The notes below the pieces were generated by a model. It searched no databases, was not told where the DNA came from, and saw only the letters and a list, made by a program, of their open reading frames with translations. Shown here piece after piece: positions 1 to 28,905 of a stretch of DNA of 64,000 nucleotides. The position numbers and the translations under genes are program-made. The DNA comes from Callorhinchus milii. Its lineage: Eukaryota. Each line of letters begins with the position of its first letter. The first letter of the stretch is position 1. Location: positions 17,174,001 through 17,238,000 of the forward strand of contig NW_024704754.1 of assembly GCF_018977255.1 (NCBI RefSeq), given 5' to 3'.

Positions 1-19
1 CCTTCGTTATTCTGAGTCG

Positions 20-245
20 TGGTATGGGATAGTTAAAATCCACTTGAACTGGCAGACGCGACCTCAGTTTAATGTCTCATCTGAAGGACGGCACCTCTGA
101 CATAGCAGCGACCACACACCTAACCCTAACCCCGTGAACGGCACTAGAATTCAGCCTGAATTGTGAGCTCAAAAATCCCAAATGGGGCTTGAACCCCCAA
201 CCTTCTGCTTAAGCGGCGAGAGTGCTACCGACTGAGTCAGGCTGA
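20..245 (-). mobile_element. Deu-domain SINE (SacSINE1/AmnSINE-like) fragment
   Basis: Reverse strand has a tRNA-like head (GACTCAGTCGGTAGCACTCTCGCC..GGTTCAAGCCCC) and the Deu core GAGGTGCCGTCCTTCAGATGAGACATTAAAC. Confidence 0.7.
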
Positions 246-3200
246 CACCTGCCATCGATAGGCGAGTTGGTGGCTGGTTAAATGCATCCAAACATCTCCG
301 AACTCCACTCCAAACTGAAACATGATATCAAGAGCTGAAACGGACAATCTCACCTGCTCGACTGGAAGCAACGGGAACTTACAAGTCAAAGCGAGAATGT
401 TTGACAACATGCAAAGAATGATGTTTGTCATTGGGGTTTGTCATGGGATAACAATATAGCCTTGCGGGCATCCTTGTTAAATATTGATTTGTTGCCCCAC
501 AACCAAACATCCAAGTATTTGTAGAAGCACCGTCAGTAAATGCCCGTAGGAAGACATGTCACAAAACGGTGCATATTAGATGATAAATGTAACAGTAGCG
601 ATGGGTTGGCTAAGTGTAAAAGCTAAAAGCAGGATCGTACCACAAAGATTGAACCTCAGAAACATTCACACTGCCATTTTAGAGAGAAAAAGAGGCAGGA
701 TTAACCCCTTCCACTCCACTGATACCAGCAAATCATTCCAATTGGGCAACAAGGCAGAACTATGTGGCCTTTCACCTTGAGTGAGAGTTAAATGGCTTTG
801 GTATGAAATACCCTGTTTACACCTACAAGATAACGCAACACATAGAAATGCCGAGAGTCGAATCCTATCATTTAAGTGGCACAATTATTTTAATATACCG
901 GTTTCCAATGGTCTCATCTGAATCAATGGACTCAGTTAACGATTTGAGCACACTTAGACTGTCAGATCTAATAATAATAATAATACTGCTTGGTTTTTGA
1001 TATAACACCTCATCACGTCTTTGAGACATCTCAAAGCGCTTCACAGAATATACTGTAAAGCGAATTGACTGTGTATTTCGTGATCTGCTCATCAGCATAA
1101 GTCCAACCTAGGAACCCAGTGTATTGAGAGAGACTAAAGTATTCGAAAGCTCTACAGGCTTGAGATCTCTGGAGCATTGAACTGGATCCTGAACACGTAC
1201 AAGCATTTAACGCAACCACAATATACAGAGATCTTCTGCTCCGCACCAGCATATGATCAAACAAAAGGCACAGACGTTTTCTTATCAGAGCCCCTCATAT
1301 GTTAGTTGTTTATCACTGGTTCATCCAGGAACACAGCTCTACCAAATATCGGTGCATGGAAAGCAGAGGATTTGAATATTCATCAGATAGGGTAGATAGG
1401 TATCTTCTGACTTGCAAATTGATTCGCAAATGCTCAGTTCATAAAATAATTATGCAACGGTAACCTTTGCGTTTGATGTAGTGCCTTCAAGTTAGGAGGA
1501 CGTCTCAAAGTGTTTCGAGTGATTGACTGTAAATTGTAGTGACTGCGCAGTTTGTAACCTTTTAAATGTAGGGGATTGTTGGCCAGGACACTACGCAAGG
1601 ACACTTCTGGTTTTCGAACATTGCCACAGCACCTTTAATGTCCACCTGAACAGGCAGCCAGGACCTCTTAGACTGTGTAATCCCAAGTCCTGTTGTGACT
1701 CCGAGTCGAGAGTGCTACCAACCGAGCCGGGGCTGATAGCAATGGGGACCGAAAAAGACACAGTGCTTCACAGTGAAGCACAGGGAGCGTAGCTCCCATG
1801 AAGAGATAAAAATATAACAGTACGTACACAGAAACAGAGAGAGACGTCTACACAGACTCACGCAGAAAGGTAAACTTTGATGCGTCCAAAGAGGGAGAGG
1901 AATAGAGAGGTACGAGAGAGAGAATTAGGAAGGCTGGAGGCTTATGTGGAGTAGGAACAGCAGCACCCGAGCAGGTGGGCTGTCTTTGTGTTGTACCCAT
2001 ATATGTAGCTCTACATAAAACACATCACTGAGTCAAATCAAATCTACTTTCAACCTTGAATGATTCTTTGTGACTGCATTTCATTACTCAGAGAAGGCAC
2101 GGACTGAGTGTGAGATTCATTATTTATGGGCATCAATGTTTTACAAAGCCATTCTGTTGTAACTACTGACAAACTCAGTTCCTGTTGAACAAGAGGATTC
2201 AAGGTTTGTGGTTTGACAGAGATTTTGAGGAAAAAAGACATTATTTGGGGGGTGGGGGTGGGGAGGAGGAACAGAAAAAAAAGACGTAACGTTACACATC
2301 GACAACTTGCATTTATATAAGTGCCCTTTGTGTTGGGTAACATCTCAGCGAGCACATCCTGTGGCTCTACTCAAAAAAAAAAGAACAGCTATTCACTTCA
2401 AGGCTGTTTGTGGTACATTGTTGGGTCCAAATTGGCGGCAGTGTTCACCTGCAAAATATAGTCACTACACTTTGCTTTATATCCTGCAACGCGCTTGGAG
2501 AGATCCTCATCACGCGAAATGTAAGCTTTATTTATGGCACAAAGGCTCCGATTTAACAGAACTACTGATACATGGAAAGCAACACAAAAGGCTTCAGTGC
2601 ACAACAATGAGCAGAACATAGGTTGAACGTTAAACACAAGGATTATATTTTTATTAAGCTTAGTCTGGGCTGCCAGCCCTGAGCTTGACGACTGCCCACT
2701 CAGTCCTCCGTGTTGAGGTGGTACCAGTTTCATGCTGGCCTGTGTGCGCGTGCGGATACGTACATTACATGTCGAAACTACAAGGAGCAAAGCAAACTTT
2801 CGTGGTAAGGGGAGCTTCTGTTAAATAATTAACCCCGTGGTAAAGGATTACTGCTGGTGAATTAATTCCAATTAATCCAATTATTAACATCATCTCAATC
2901 TGACCTGACATCCCATCCCGTGTGCATTTTAGTGTTTATTTCACAGGATTTTTAATTAGTCCCACAGCAAGCTAGCAATTCCTTGAATTATGCTTTAAAA
3001 ATATTAAAAGAAATGTCCGTGCAAGTACTTAACATTTAGCGATGCATTGTAACTACCTTCCCATTCAACTTCTGGTTTGGTATCCTTCACCTCCGCATGT
3101 TTAGGGGGAATCTCTCAGGATTTACTGAGAAGTATAGCAATTGCGTATTTTGTAAGCAAATGTACAAAAAGTGTATTTTGTACGCAAACAGCCACGACGC

Positions 3201-3307
3201 GCGCCACAAACTTGACCAATCTTACCTGGAGCATTGTTAGCCAAGAAGCCCTGGGAGAAACTCTCTTCTCTTCTCGAAGAGTTCCAAGGGATCTTTAACA
3301 TCCACCT

Positions 3308-3630
3308 GGAGTCCTGTAGCTCAGTGGTTAGAGCACTCGCTTTGCGAGCGAGAGACCTGAGTTCAATTCCCGGCAGAGGGCGAAACCTTGGGCAAGTTTC
3401 CTTACTCCACACAGAGCCTAATAATAATCCCTTCAAAACAAAAACAACAATAAATTGGTCATTTTCAATCTACGACTGTTTGTGGGACATTGCTGTGCGC
3501 AATTGGCTGCTGCGTTCGCCCACAAATATACAGTCAATTCACTTTACAGTGTGTTCTGTGAAGCGCTTTGGGACGTCCTCCCGACGTGAAAAGCGCTATA
3601 TCAACTGCAAGGATTATTATTATTATTATT
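3308..3630 (+). mobile_element. tRNA-derived SINE with L2-type tail (dominant family in window)
   Basis: GGAGTCCTGTAGCTCAGTGGTTAGAGC A box, GAGTTCAATTCC B box, body TTGCTGTGCGCAATTGGCTGC, tail GTGAAGCGCTTTG..GCGCTATATCAA.TGCAAGGATTATT(ATT)n. Dozens of partial copies occur throughout the window. Confidence 0.85.
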
Positions 3631-6504
3631 ACCTGAACAGGTAGACGGGACTTGATGAACGTCTCATCCAAATGCAGCAGTCAATTTGTGTATAACCATA
3701 ACAAAATTTATGGGGGGTGGTGGGGGGGGGTGGGGAAAGAGAGAGGGGGTTATTTTTATACAGGACACTGGGATTATAGTATAAATCATTCACACCATGG
3801 CTGTTTGTGAGACGTTGCTGCGCTTGAATTGGCTGCTGCATTTGCCTGACATGAAAGGCGCTATATCAAATCAAAGTATTATTATTAATTATTAATGTGG
3901 GTAAAGACATCATTGCCCGAACCAGACTAGGAAACGTTTCAAAATAAAGCCGGGAGGAAGAAACTGCCGCAATATTTCAGATAATTTGCAATACAATTCC
4001 AATCATCCCCCCACTAAACAAAGCGCCTCGATTATGAAATTAACATCCCGGAAAAACATGTGAAATTATCCTTTCTGCCGCAAGCCAACGAGTTCGGAAT
4101 AGAACTTGCCAGTGTGTGTGTGACGTGATATTTCCATTTCACCATTAGGGTCAGGAGCCTGGGGGAAAATGTTGACAAACATCTGGCAGAAGGCATTCCA
4201 GATGTTTGCTTAAAGATTATCACCAAAAATCGACATCTACTCACATCACCGAGGGAGCATTTTGGATTAGTTACACTGTGTGATTATCTGCTAAGCAAAG
4301 AGGTTTTGCTCCCTCCCCATCTGAATGTTTTTTTTAAACTCCAGTCTGCAGTCTATTCAAGAGAAGTTCGCTCCGTTATAGTTTGTTGAGTTTTGAACGC
4401 AGTAGTGGTTCCCACTGGACAGTAATTGGCCAAATTGTGAATCATATCAAAGGTGGAAAGGCTTTGATATTGACTCATTTTGGTTCATACTGTATCTATA
4501 GTTGGATTCGTCTGTGAAGCGTCTCGACGATGAGTTAAGGCGCCATATCAAATGCACGGATCATTATTATTATCTGCAACACTTGAGAATGCCTCAAAAT
4601 TTCTCTAGTGTCGAGACTGTGTATTTGTAATCAAATGTTGCAGCCAATTTTGTACCTAGCCCTGTCTCACAAACAGCTGAGGTTAAATCATTTCACTGGA
4701 CCTCAGAAGTCACTGGGTAAAGTTCCAAACGCAAGACTTTGGGGGGAAAAAAAAGTCCACGGAACTAAAGACAAAATGAAACAAATGGATTTGGGCGAGT
4801 GGCTCGGCAAGGGGGCAGTGAGATTAAATCAGGAATCTTACCGGTTTCTGCTCTCGTTCTCACGGACACAACGCTCCCAGCACAATGTTACGCCTGATGT
4901 GACATCGTCGCTATTCGAAAAGCAGCAGGATTGACGCACTGACTGAAGGCAAGCGTTAATTCCTGGCCCACGAGGTCAGTTTTCTACACGACCGAGGACG
5001 TACGTTCCTAGCTCAAGAAATCAGTGACTGGATGTTCTTAAAACGGTAACGAATCTCCACAACGTTCCATTTGTCTGACAGTCCTTGTTGATCCGGGCCA
5101 TGAAAACTACACACTCACACGGACACACACGCGCACACACGCTTCCACATGTTGGCAATTGGTATTTTAATTCCATAAAAAGAATCGACAGCTTTACATA
5201 AAACACATATACAGATGCATCATTGTACATAAAATGGCTTGAGTATACAAACCTTATTGACCCACCTTCCTCCCCCCACCCAAAAAAATATTACCCTGGA
5301 TAGATAACCAGAGGAACAGGGGTTGCCCAGTTCCCATTGTCCTGAATAAAGCCATCAACTCCATAAAATACCCAACAATCATGTCAAATTAATACGTTCA
5401 ACATTAGCAGAAATGTTCAAGTATTGATACGCCCTTTTATCAGTTCTTTGCAATTTACCGCCCAAGACTATACATAGTTTTATTATACACATCGACAGGA
5501 TTACTGTAAACACTGAAGTCAGTACCAATTTAAGATTTATACTGATAAATATTTACAACATAGCTCAAGGGTACTTTGAACAAAGCTTCCAATACAGTAC
5601 TTTGTAAAGCAGTTTTGCTCGCGTTACAAACATAGAGATAAATACATTTACTCAAAGCAAGGTTATCCAGCACATTCATGTCACAAAGTAGTCACTGGCT
5701 TCAAACACTGGCCGTCGACACAAGTCAATAAGTCCTGGAAGGGTCACATTGGAAACCCACAATTGCACAAAAAATAAGCTCTTAAAACATTCCCTTAAAA
5801 GCGCAGTGTTAATCTCCAATTGACCACACACCACTCTAGCAGCTAGCTACCCCTCGGATACAATTCTTTTCTCCACGACCGCACAATTTCCATCCCAGGT
5901 TAATGCTGTAGAATACGATTGAAGTCCATAGGACCTCATAAACGGCTTTGCTCAAGCAGCATCCATTCCCCTCGTTTGAGAATTCTCGAGATTGCACTTT
6001 GCCACTGATATCATACAGGTAGACGTTTGTTCAAAGGTTTTGCTCAAACTCTTGCACTTTTCCAGACCTCTGCTGAATCAGAGCAATGAATCGCCCGCCA
6101 CCTCCACAACCAAACCCCGAAGGCAGGAACTTCTTAGTCATGATCCTGAATAACCCACATTGAACCGGACACGTTCGGTAGGAGTCACCGTTGAACAATT
6201 TTGTGTAAAAATAAATAAACACGTTAAAAATGCAGCGTCTCATTCCCTGCAGTCACCTCGCGACGTGAAGCTAAAAGCAAGACATGTGCTGAATGTACAG
6301 GAGTTGAATTGTTCACTGTTAGCGGAGAGTGGATTGGATGTCAATTGGGGGAAATGATGGTAGATCAAATAAGATTGTGTCAAAACTTACTATAGTACTA
6401 TAGTATCTAGGCCCACAAGGGAAGAGTGACTAAACTAGCGAAACGCCAGTGGCTGTCACTGCCCGTGGCCCCAGCACCAGTCGAGATAACGAGAAGAGGA
6501 AGGG

Positions 6505-6564
6505 AGAGAGAGAGAGAGGGGGGTGTGGGTGGTGGGGGAGGAGGAGAGAGAGAGAGAGAGAGGA

Positions 6565-6600
<36 letters not shown>
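6505..6600. repeat. (GA)n microsatellite
   Basis: Direct inspection. Confidence 0.9.
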
Positions 6601-6603
<3 letters not shown>

Positions 6604-8223
6604 TTTCATTGGGGGAGTCAGCACAGTGACAATGAGACAGTTCCATCTTCAGTGCTGAAAGTTTGATCTAAAAATACGGCTCGAGAAAGAGCAGCTAACA
6701 GGAAACCTTGTTCAGAGCTCTGTGGCACAGGCACAGATATTCGACAAATACCTCTCTCCTCTGAGCTTCAGGTTAATATTCAAAATCTGCACACGGAGGC
6801 CATTCGCGATGAGACAGGAATATAGGAAAAACAGGGACAGGAGGAGTCCATTCAGCCCACAGGGCCTGTTCCGCCAGTTTATCACATCTTGGCAGATGGT
6901 TATTTGGTCCTCTGAAGATTTCTTATATCCAACCCAGACTTCACTCCTAGGGAAACCATCTTTAGCAGCTATTTGTGTTGCCTTGTTACCGGGGTCATCA
7001 AGTCCTCTCAAACGACACTCGACGTTATGTAAAGCTTTCTCCCACCAATCTGTCTGGACTATAATCTCAGTGGAGCACCTGACTCTCTGGCTGAAACATC
7101 AATTGTGCCAAATTACCACCACTATATCGTGGGTCTATGATGAGTGCCGGGAACCGTGTGGAGATCATCCAGGCTGTGTTCACATTAGCAACCTTAAAAC
7201 AGCAGCAAAGGTTAACCTAAGCCCGCCAGCCTGCACCAGCTCTGAACCCAAGCCCTCGGAGCGAATGGACCTAAATCTACATTACTCTTTGGTTTTCAAT
7301 CCATTAAGATTTACAATGTTCCAATTGCCCAGAAGAGGTGACTCAAGTTACAATTTCTGTATTGATTAGTACTTCGCTACGTGCCAAGGCACTCGTCAAC
7401 AGTATTTCTGTTTGCAGGGTTCGAATGATGTTGGGTTGGGATCAAGTAGAGATGAATTGGGAATTTCACAAACGCATGTTATTCCCATGTACCCACAGCC
7501 TATGTAACCAGTCTTCCATTCCCCCCGTATCCTCTCCTCTCAGCTGCTTATTGTGAACATCTTCCACTGACGTTAACAAAGTCCCCCCAACTTAATTAAA
7601 AACACATAATCATACCACATGATCGGGGAAGCTTTAAAAACACACTAACCAAGCCTTAAACCCGCTCACTCCCTCCCATCTGTTACATTTACGTGTTATA
7701 CTGACTTATTCAGAGGAATGCTACTATACTACCTGCAACCAATCAGTGTTGTAAATCCCAGAGATCGTTCTTCATTAAATTACACGGTTCAATCGAGTGA
7801 TTCAACTTCCGAAAGGGGACGGAACACAAAACAGCAGCCTCTTTCCAGTGGGGGGGGGGGGGGGCGGGGGGAGAGGCATATGGAGGAGCTGTGTGTGGTG
7901 GGGGTGGCGGGAGAATAATATATTAATGCTTGGGTTCCCCCATGATAAAATTGGACAGGAAATATAAAACTGCTTAGGGGGGGGGGGGGGGGGGGAAGAG
8001 AGATTAAAAGCATGATCAACAGGGAGTTTTAGTCCCTGGCTTTAAACAGAAAGCATTTTGTACTATAAAGTGCTGGGGGGGGGGAGGCGGGGAGGAGTGG
8101 GGGGGAGAGGGGGGGGTTAAAGTGGAAGGAAACACAGGCCCCCCCACCCCCTCTTTCTCACACACACACGTACATATATATATATATATATACCTGCCAT
8201 TCTGTACATAATACACAAGAAAC

Positions 8224-24268
<16,045 letters not shown>

Positions 24269-25552
24269 GATGGCTCTGCCCTCTGCGGGTTTCAAGAGGC
24301 AAGCGGAACAGATGAACGACAGCGCGGGTGCCAAGTCAGGACTGTCTAGCGCCTTGAGATGTCCTTCCAAAGTGAAAGGCGCTATAGGTAAAGGTGCGTC
24401 AGCCTGGTTCAGTGTCACTTCAGGATCTGAACTCATACAGTTGAAGCGGGCACTCCAAAGCAGGGCTAGTGGTGTGACGCATAGCCAGATGTGCCGTGCT
24501 TTGCATCAATCTGTTACCCCGTGGAATTATTCAAAAAGCTGAGGGAGTTTTGGCCGGAGTCCAGGTCAACAATCTCCCAAGTAAAATTGATCATTCGCTT
24601 CACGGCTATTTGCGGGACATTACAGAGCGCAAAACTGTCTGCCACGTGAGCCCAAAAATACACTCCACAATCCGCAGCAAATCCGGTGGCGCTCTTTGGG
24701 ACGTCCTCCTGACGTGAAAGGCGCCACACCAAACGCAAGGATTATTACTCTACCTGTCGTGTAAAAAGGCCCGGAGGTGGATCGGGGATAGCGCGGTGGA
24801 ATAGACGGGTTGTTCCGAGAGCTGGTGCAGACTCGATGGGCCGAGCGACCTCCACCTGAAAAAAAATACTTCTAAGTTTGACTGAGGAAACAAAAGAGTT
24901 CACGGCAGGACATCGCGCTGTTCTTTGCCAACTGATTTGCCAGACGGGGGAGCGGAAAGGGGGAAAGGGGGCAAAGTAGAGAAGGTGGACGCCCCCTTGA
25001 TTATCAAAACGAAACTCAGCGCCGGCAACGGAGAGGAAGTCATCACGGGATTCCTACACCGACACCGCCAAACCTCACGAGTGAATCCACTCCCAGTTCT
25101 CAAGCACGTTTCTGCTGAGTTCCCCACCACACGCGACCAAAAGCAGAACCATTACATGTGGCTACATGACCGCCTTTGACCACCAAACACTTTCGCTTCC
25201 CGATGATTCAATTGAGATGGGGGGGGGGGGGTTATGTCATATGCTTTTGATTCCTTTCCAATTATTCTCAGCGATGAGGTGATTGCACCAAGTTAACCCC
25301 GAAGGCAAGAACGAGACGGTGGACGTCTCGAAGACGTCTCAGAAAGGGCAGCAAACGCAACGTCCCGTTCAATCGCGAGTCGTGCCCTCGGCTCTCGACG
25401 ACTCGGTCGGGGACTGAGACCGGCAACGGTCAACCGGTCGGGGTCTGAGCACTGACGGGAAGCCTTTGCGGATTGCGGAGACGCCACACCCTTCCCCCCC
25501 CCTTCGCTCACCCACCGGTCAAGACGCCTCATACCCATCCTCTCTCAGGGAC

Positions 25553-26150
25553 CCTCCCGTAGCTCAGCGGTGAGAGCACTCTCTCGCCTCGCAAGCGAGA
25601 GGACCTGGGTTCGATTCCTGGCTGGGGGTGGGGGGGGGGGGGGGTGCGAAACCTTGGGCAAGTTTCCTTACTCCACAGGTCTGATAATAACCGCCCCCCC
25701 ACCACCACCACCAGACAAAAGAAAATAATAATGTGGTCACTCGATCCACGACTGTTGGTGGGGACGCGGCGGTGTGCAATTGGCTGCGGCCGCGTTTACG
25801 CCCACAAATTATACAGTCAGTTGACGTCTCGACGTCCCCCCCCCCCCACCCCGCACACGCACTCCCTCCGCACACGCCCCCCCACCCCGCACACGCACTC
25901 CCTCCGCACACGCCCCCCCACCCCGCACACGCACCCCTCCCCCCCCCCACCCCGCACACGCACCCCCTCCGCACACGCCCCCCCCCACCCGCACACGCAC
26001 CCCCTCCGCACACGCCCCCCCCAACCCGCACCCCATCCGCACACGCCCCCCCACCCGCATGCGCACCCCCTCCGCACACGCCCCCCCCCACACTCCGCAC
26101 ACCTCCCCCCCCCACCCGCAGGCGCCGGGTCAAACACAAGGATTATTATC
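25553..26150 (+). mobile_element. tRNA-derived SINE interrupted by a C-rich minisatellite
   Basis: Head CGTAGCTCAGCGGTGAGAGC..GGTTCGATTCC; body runs to GACGTCTCGACGT (~25835); tail AGGCGCC..CAAACACAAGGATTATT resumes at ~26120. Confidence 0.75.
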
Positions 26151-26590
26151 GTCATCGTCATCATTGCCATTATATCTCTCTCTCTCTCTCCCTCGAGGAT
26201 TCTCGCAGTTATGACGACCGAAATCTTGCCAACCAGTTCCTGACGCAAAATAAAAGGACCGCCCCCCCCCACCACCGCCCCCCCGCACACGCAACCCCGC
26301 CCCGCACACGCAACCCCACCCCCGCACACGCAAACCGCCCCGCACACGCAACCCGCCCCGCACACGCAACCCCGCCCCGCACACGCAACCCCGCCCCGCA
26401 CACGCAACCCCGCCCGCACACGCAACCCCGCCCGCACACGCAACCCGCCCCGCACACGCAAACACCCCCTACCGCACACGCACACCCTCCGCACACCTCC
26501 CCCCACACCCGCAACCCCCCCGCACACGCACCCCCTCCCACACACGCACCCCCTCCACCCCGCACACGCAATGCCCCCGCACACCCCCCC
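25836..26590. repeat. CCCGCACACGCA-core minisatellite (two blocks: ~25836-26120 and ~26270-26590)
   Basis: Repeated CCCGCACACGC(A/C) cores with variable C spacers. Confidence 0.9.
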
Positions 26591-26712
26591 CCACTCCGCC
26601 GCCCTCCCTCCCTCCCTCTCAGGGTGACTGGTTCTCGGTGTCTCGGAAGTTTTCGGGAACAAAGGAATCTCTGGGAGTGAATCACTGCCCAAACCAAAGG
26701 CCCTGAATCCAT

Positions 26713-26815
26713 CCCCGGGGCTCCCCCCCCCCCACCGGGGGCTCCCCCCCCCACCGGGGGCTCCCCACCGGGGGCTCCCCCCCCCACACCGGGGGCTCCC
26801 CCCCCCACCGGGGGC
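26713..26815. repeat. CACCGGGGGCTCCCCCCC tandem repeat (~5 units)
   Basis: Direct inspection. Confidence 0.85.
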
Positions 26816-26844
26816 CATTCTCTACACAAAGCAGCTCCCAGATA

Positions 26845-27535
26845 AGCCCCACAGCCCCCCCACCCCACAGCCCCCCCACCCCCACAGCCCCCCCACAGCC
26901 CCCACAGCCCCCCCACAGACCCCACAGCCCCCCCCACAGACCCCACAGCCCCCCCCACAGACCCACAGCCCCCCCACAGACCCCACAGCCCCCCACAGAC
27001 CCCACAGACCCCCCACAGCCCCCACCCCACAGCCCCCCCACCCCACAGACCCCACCCCACAGCCCCCCCACCCCCACAGCCCCCCCACAGCCCCCACAAC
27101 CCCCCCCACCCCCCCACAGCCCCCCACCCCACCCCACAGCCCCACCCCCCCCCACAGCCCCCACCCCCCCCCAGCCCCCCCCACAGACCCCACCCCACAG
27201 CCCCCCCCACCCCCCACAGCCACCCCACAGCCCCCCACACCCCCACAGCCCCCCCACCCCCACAGCCCCCCCACCCCCCACAGCCCCCCCACCCCACAGA
27301 CCCCACAGCCCCCCCACCCCACCCCACAGCCCCCCCCACAGACCCCACCCCACAGCCCCCCCACCCCCCACAGCCCCCCACAGCCCCCACAGCCCCCACC
27401 CCCACAGCCCCCCCCACCCCCCCACAGCCCCCCCCCCACCCCCCCCACAGCCCCCCCCACCCCCCACAGCCCCCCCCACAGCCCCCACAACCCCAACACC
27501 CCCCCCACCAACAGCCCCCCTCACCCCACAGCCCC
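26845..27535. repeat. CCCCACAGCCCCC minisatellite (G-rich on minus strand)
   Basis: About 700 bp of degenerate CCCCACAG(C/A)CCC units. Confidence 0.9.
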
Positions 27536-27573
27536 TCCTCAGAGGGATCTCTCTCTCTCTCTCTCTCTCTCAC

Positions 27574-27630
27574 CTGTGTCTCTCACTCACTCTCTCCTGA
27601 GTGGCCCCGAACGCCCGCAGCTCGGCCGGT
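27574..27630 (-). other. Probable non-coding first exon of SLC36A1
   Basis: Minus-strand donor CAG|GTGAGA at 27574/27573 just downstream of the CLEAR/GC-box cluster. The first coding exon has an acceptor at 24283/24282, 14 nt before the ATG, so an upstream UTR exon is required. The 5' end is approximate. Confidence 0.5.
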
Positions 27631-27710
27631 CACGTGACCCGCATTGTCACGTGCCGATCAGCTGACCTGTCACTCCGACCCCGCCCCCAGTCCTCCAGCC
27701 CCGCCCCCAG
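27629..27710. promoter_or_regulatory. GC-rich promoter with CLEAR (TFEB/TFE3/MITF) E-boxes and Sp1 GC boxes
   Basis: Perfect GTCACGTGAC at 27629-27638, GTCACGTGCC at 27646-27655, ATCAGCTGAC at 27657-27666, CCCCGCCCC boxes near 27679 and 27699. Confidence 0.75.
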
Positions 27711-27784
27711 ACCTCCAGTCCCGCCTCCAGCCCCGCGCCCCCAGCGCTCCCCCTGCCGGCGGCTCCCGGCACTGCACCACTGCC

Positions 27785-28013
27785 AATAACACCACCAATA
27801 ACAACAATAATAACAACAATAATAACAATAAAACCAATAATAATAATATTAATAGCAATAACACCACCAATAACAATAACAGCAACACCGACAATAATAA
27901 TCACAATAAGACCAACAACAATAATAATAACAACAACACCAATAATAATAACAACAATAACACCAATAATAACAATAAAAATAACAACAATAACACCAAT
28001 AATAACAATAACG
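27785..28013. repeat. Degenerate (AAT/AAC)n microsatellite (expanded SINE tail)
   Basis: Direct inspection; abuts a reverse-oriented SINE tail at 28015. Confidence 0.9.
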
Positions 28014-28649
28014 ATTCTTGCAATTGATATCGCGCCTTATCACGTCTTCGAGACGGCTCAGTGGGACGTCTAGAAGACGTGAAAAGCGCTATATCAAATG
28101 CAAGGACTATTATTATTATTATGTGTTAATTTCTGGTTTGAGGTTATCAGGTCGCAAAGAGATTTGCAAACGACGCAAATAGAACGGTCGCTCCATCACG
28201 CGGTCACTCGCTCCAATCCACGGCTGTTTGTGGGGGGAACGCAGCTGTGCGCGATTGGCTGCCGCGTTTCGCCCAGAAAATATACGGTCACTTCACTTTC
28301 CCGTGTATCCCGTGAAGCGCTTTGTGACGGCTCGCGAAGCCAAGCAATGGGAAGTGGAAGATCGTCCTATTTCGATGATTCAGCGCCTCCCGGCGTGAAA
28401 GGCGCTTCGCAAATGTCATTTTTTGTTATTGCGGTTGTTGCATTCATCATTGTCCCGGAGCCAGACATGACTTCCTCTCTGCTGTTGTGATGCCTCAACG
28501 TTTGCCTCAACCACAAGCTCAGAAACAGTTCCTCCGAGACGCTTTGACATTTCACAATTCCCTATTACGTGGCAAAAAATGAAGACACTTCTCCGCTGCA
28601 GATCTGCCGCCACCGGAGAACGCAATCCAATGTACATTTATGCAGCATC

Positions 28650-28905
28650 TTATCTTTTCGAATGGCGCCTTGGGATCTTTAACGTCCACCTGAACCAACA
28701 GACGGGACCTCGGTTTAACATCTCATCCGAAGGACGGCACCTCCTCCAATACCACACACACCCCCCCCCCCACCCACCCCCACCCCAACACTGCATTGGT
28801 GTGTCAGCTTAGACTGTGCGATTCCAAGGCCTGACAACGTGGGAGCTTGAACCCACAACCTTCTGACTCAAAGGCGAGAGCGCGACCGACTGCCCCGGAC
28901 TGACA
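28650..28905 (-). mobile_element. Deu-domain SINE
   Basis: Reverse strand GGAGGTGCCGTCCTTCGGATGAGATGTTAAACCGAGGTCCCGTCTG..CAGGTGGACGTTAAAGATCCC. Confidence 0.75.

Noticed and set aside
119-132. CCTAACCCTAACCC telomere-like tract
   Set aside because: Only about two units, inside a SINE.
3308-3385. tRNA-like sequence (also at other SINE heads)
   Set aside because: Continues directly into SINE body and tail; these are SINE heads, not tRNA genes.
4835-4990. Possible minus-strand exon ending at a GTAAGA donor near 4841
   Set aside because: No partner exons or recognisable coding sequence; insufficient support.
6722-7369. 215-aa plus-strand ORF
   Set aside because: Overlaps an antisense CR1-like fragment in the likely SLC36A1 3' region; no homology recognised.
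25564-27573. Long Gly/Pro/Cys-rich ORFs (up to 454 aa) on both strands
   Set aside because: Artefacts of stop-free C/G minisatellites; low complexity and open in several frames.
27644-28043. Poly-Asn, poly-Leu and Cys/Tyr-rich ORFs
   Set aside because: Translation of the (AAT/AAC)n microsatellite.
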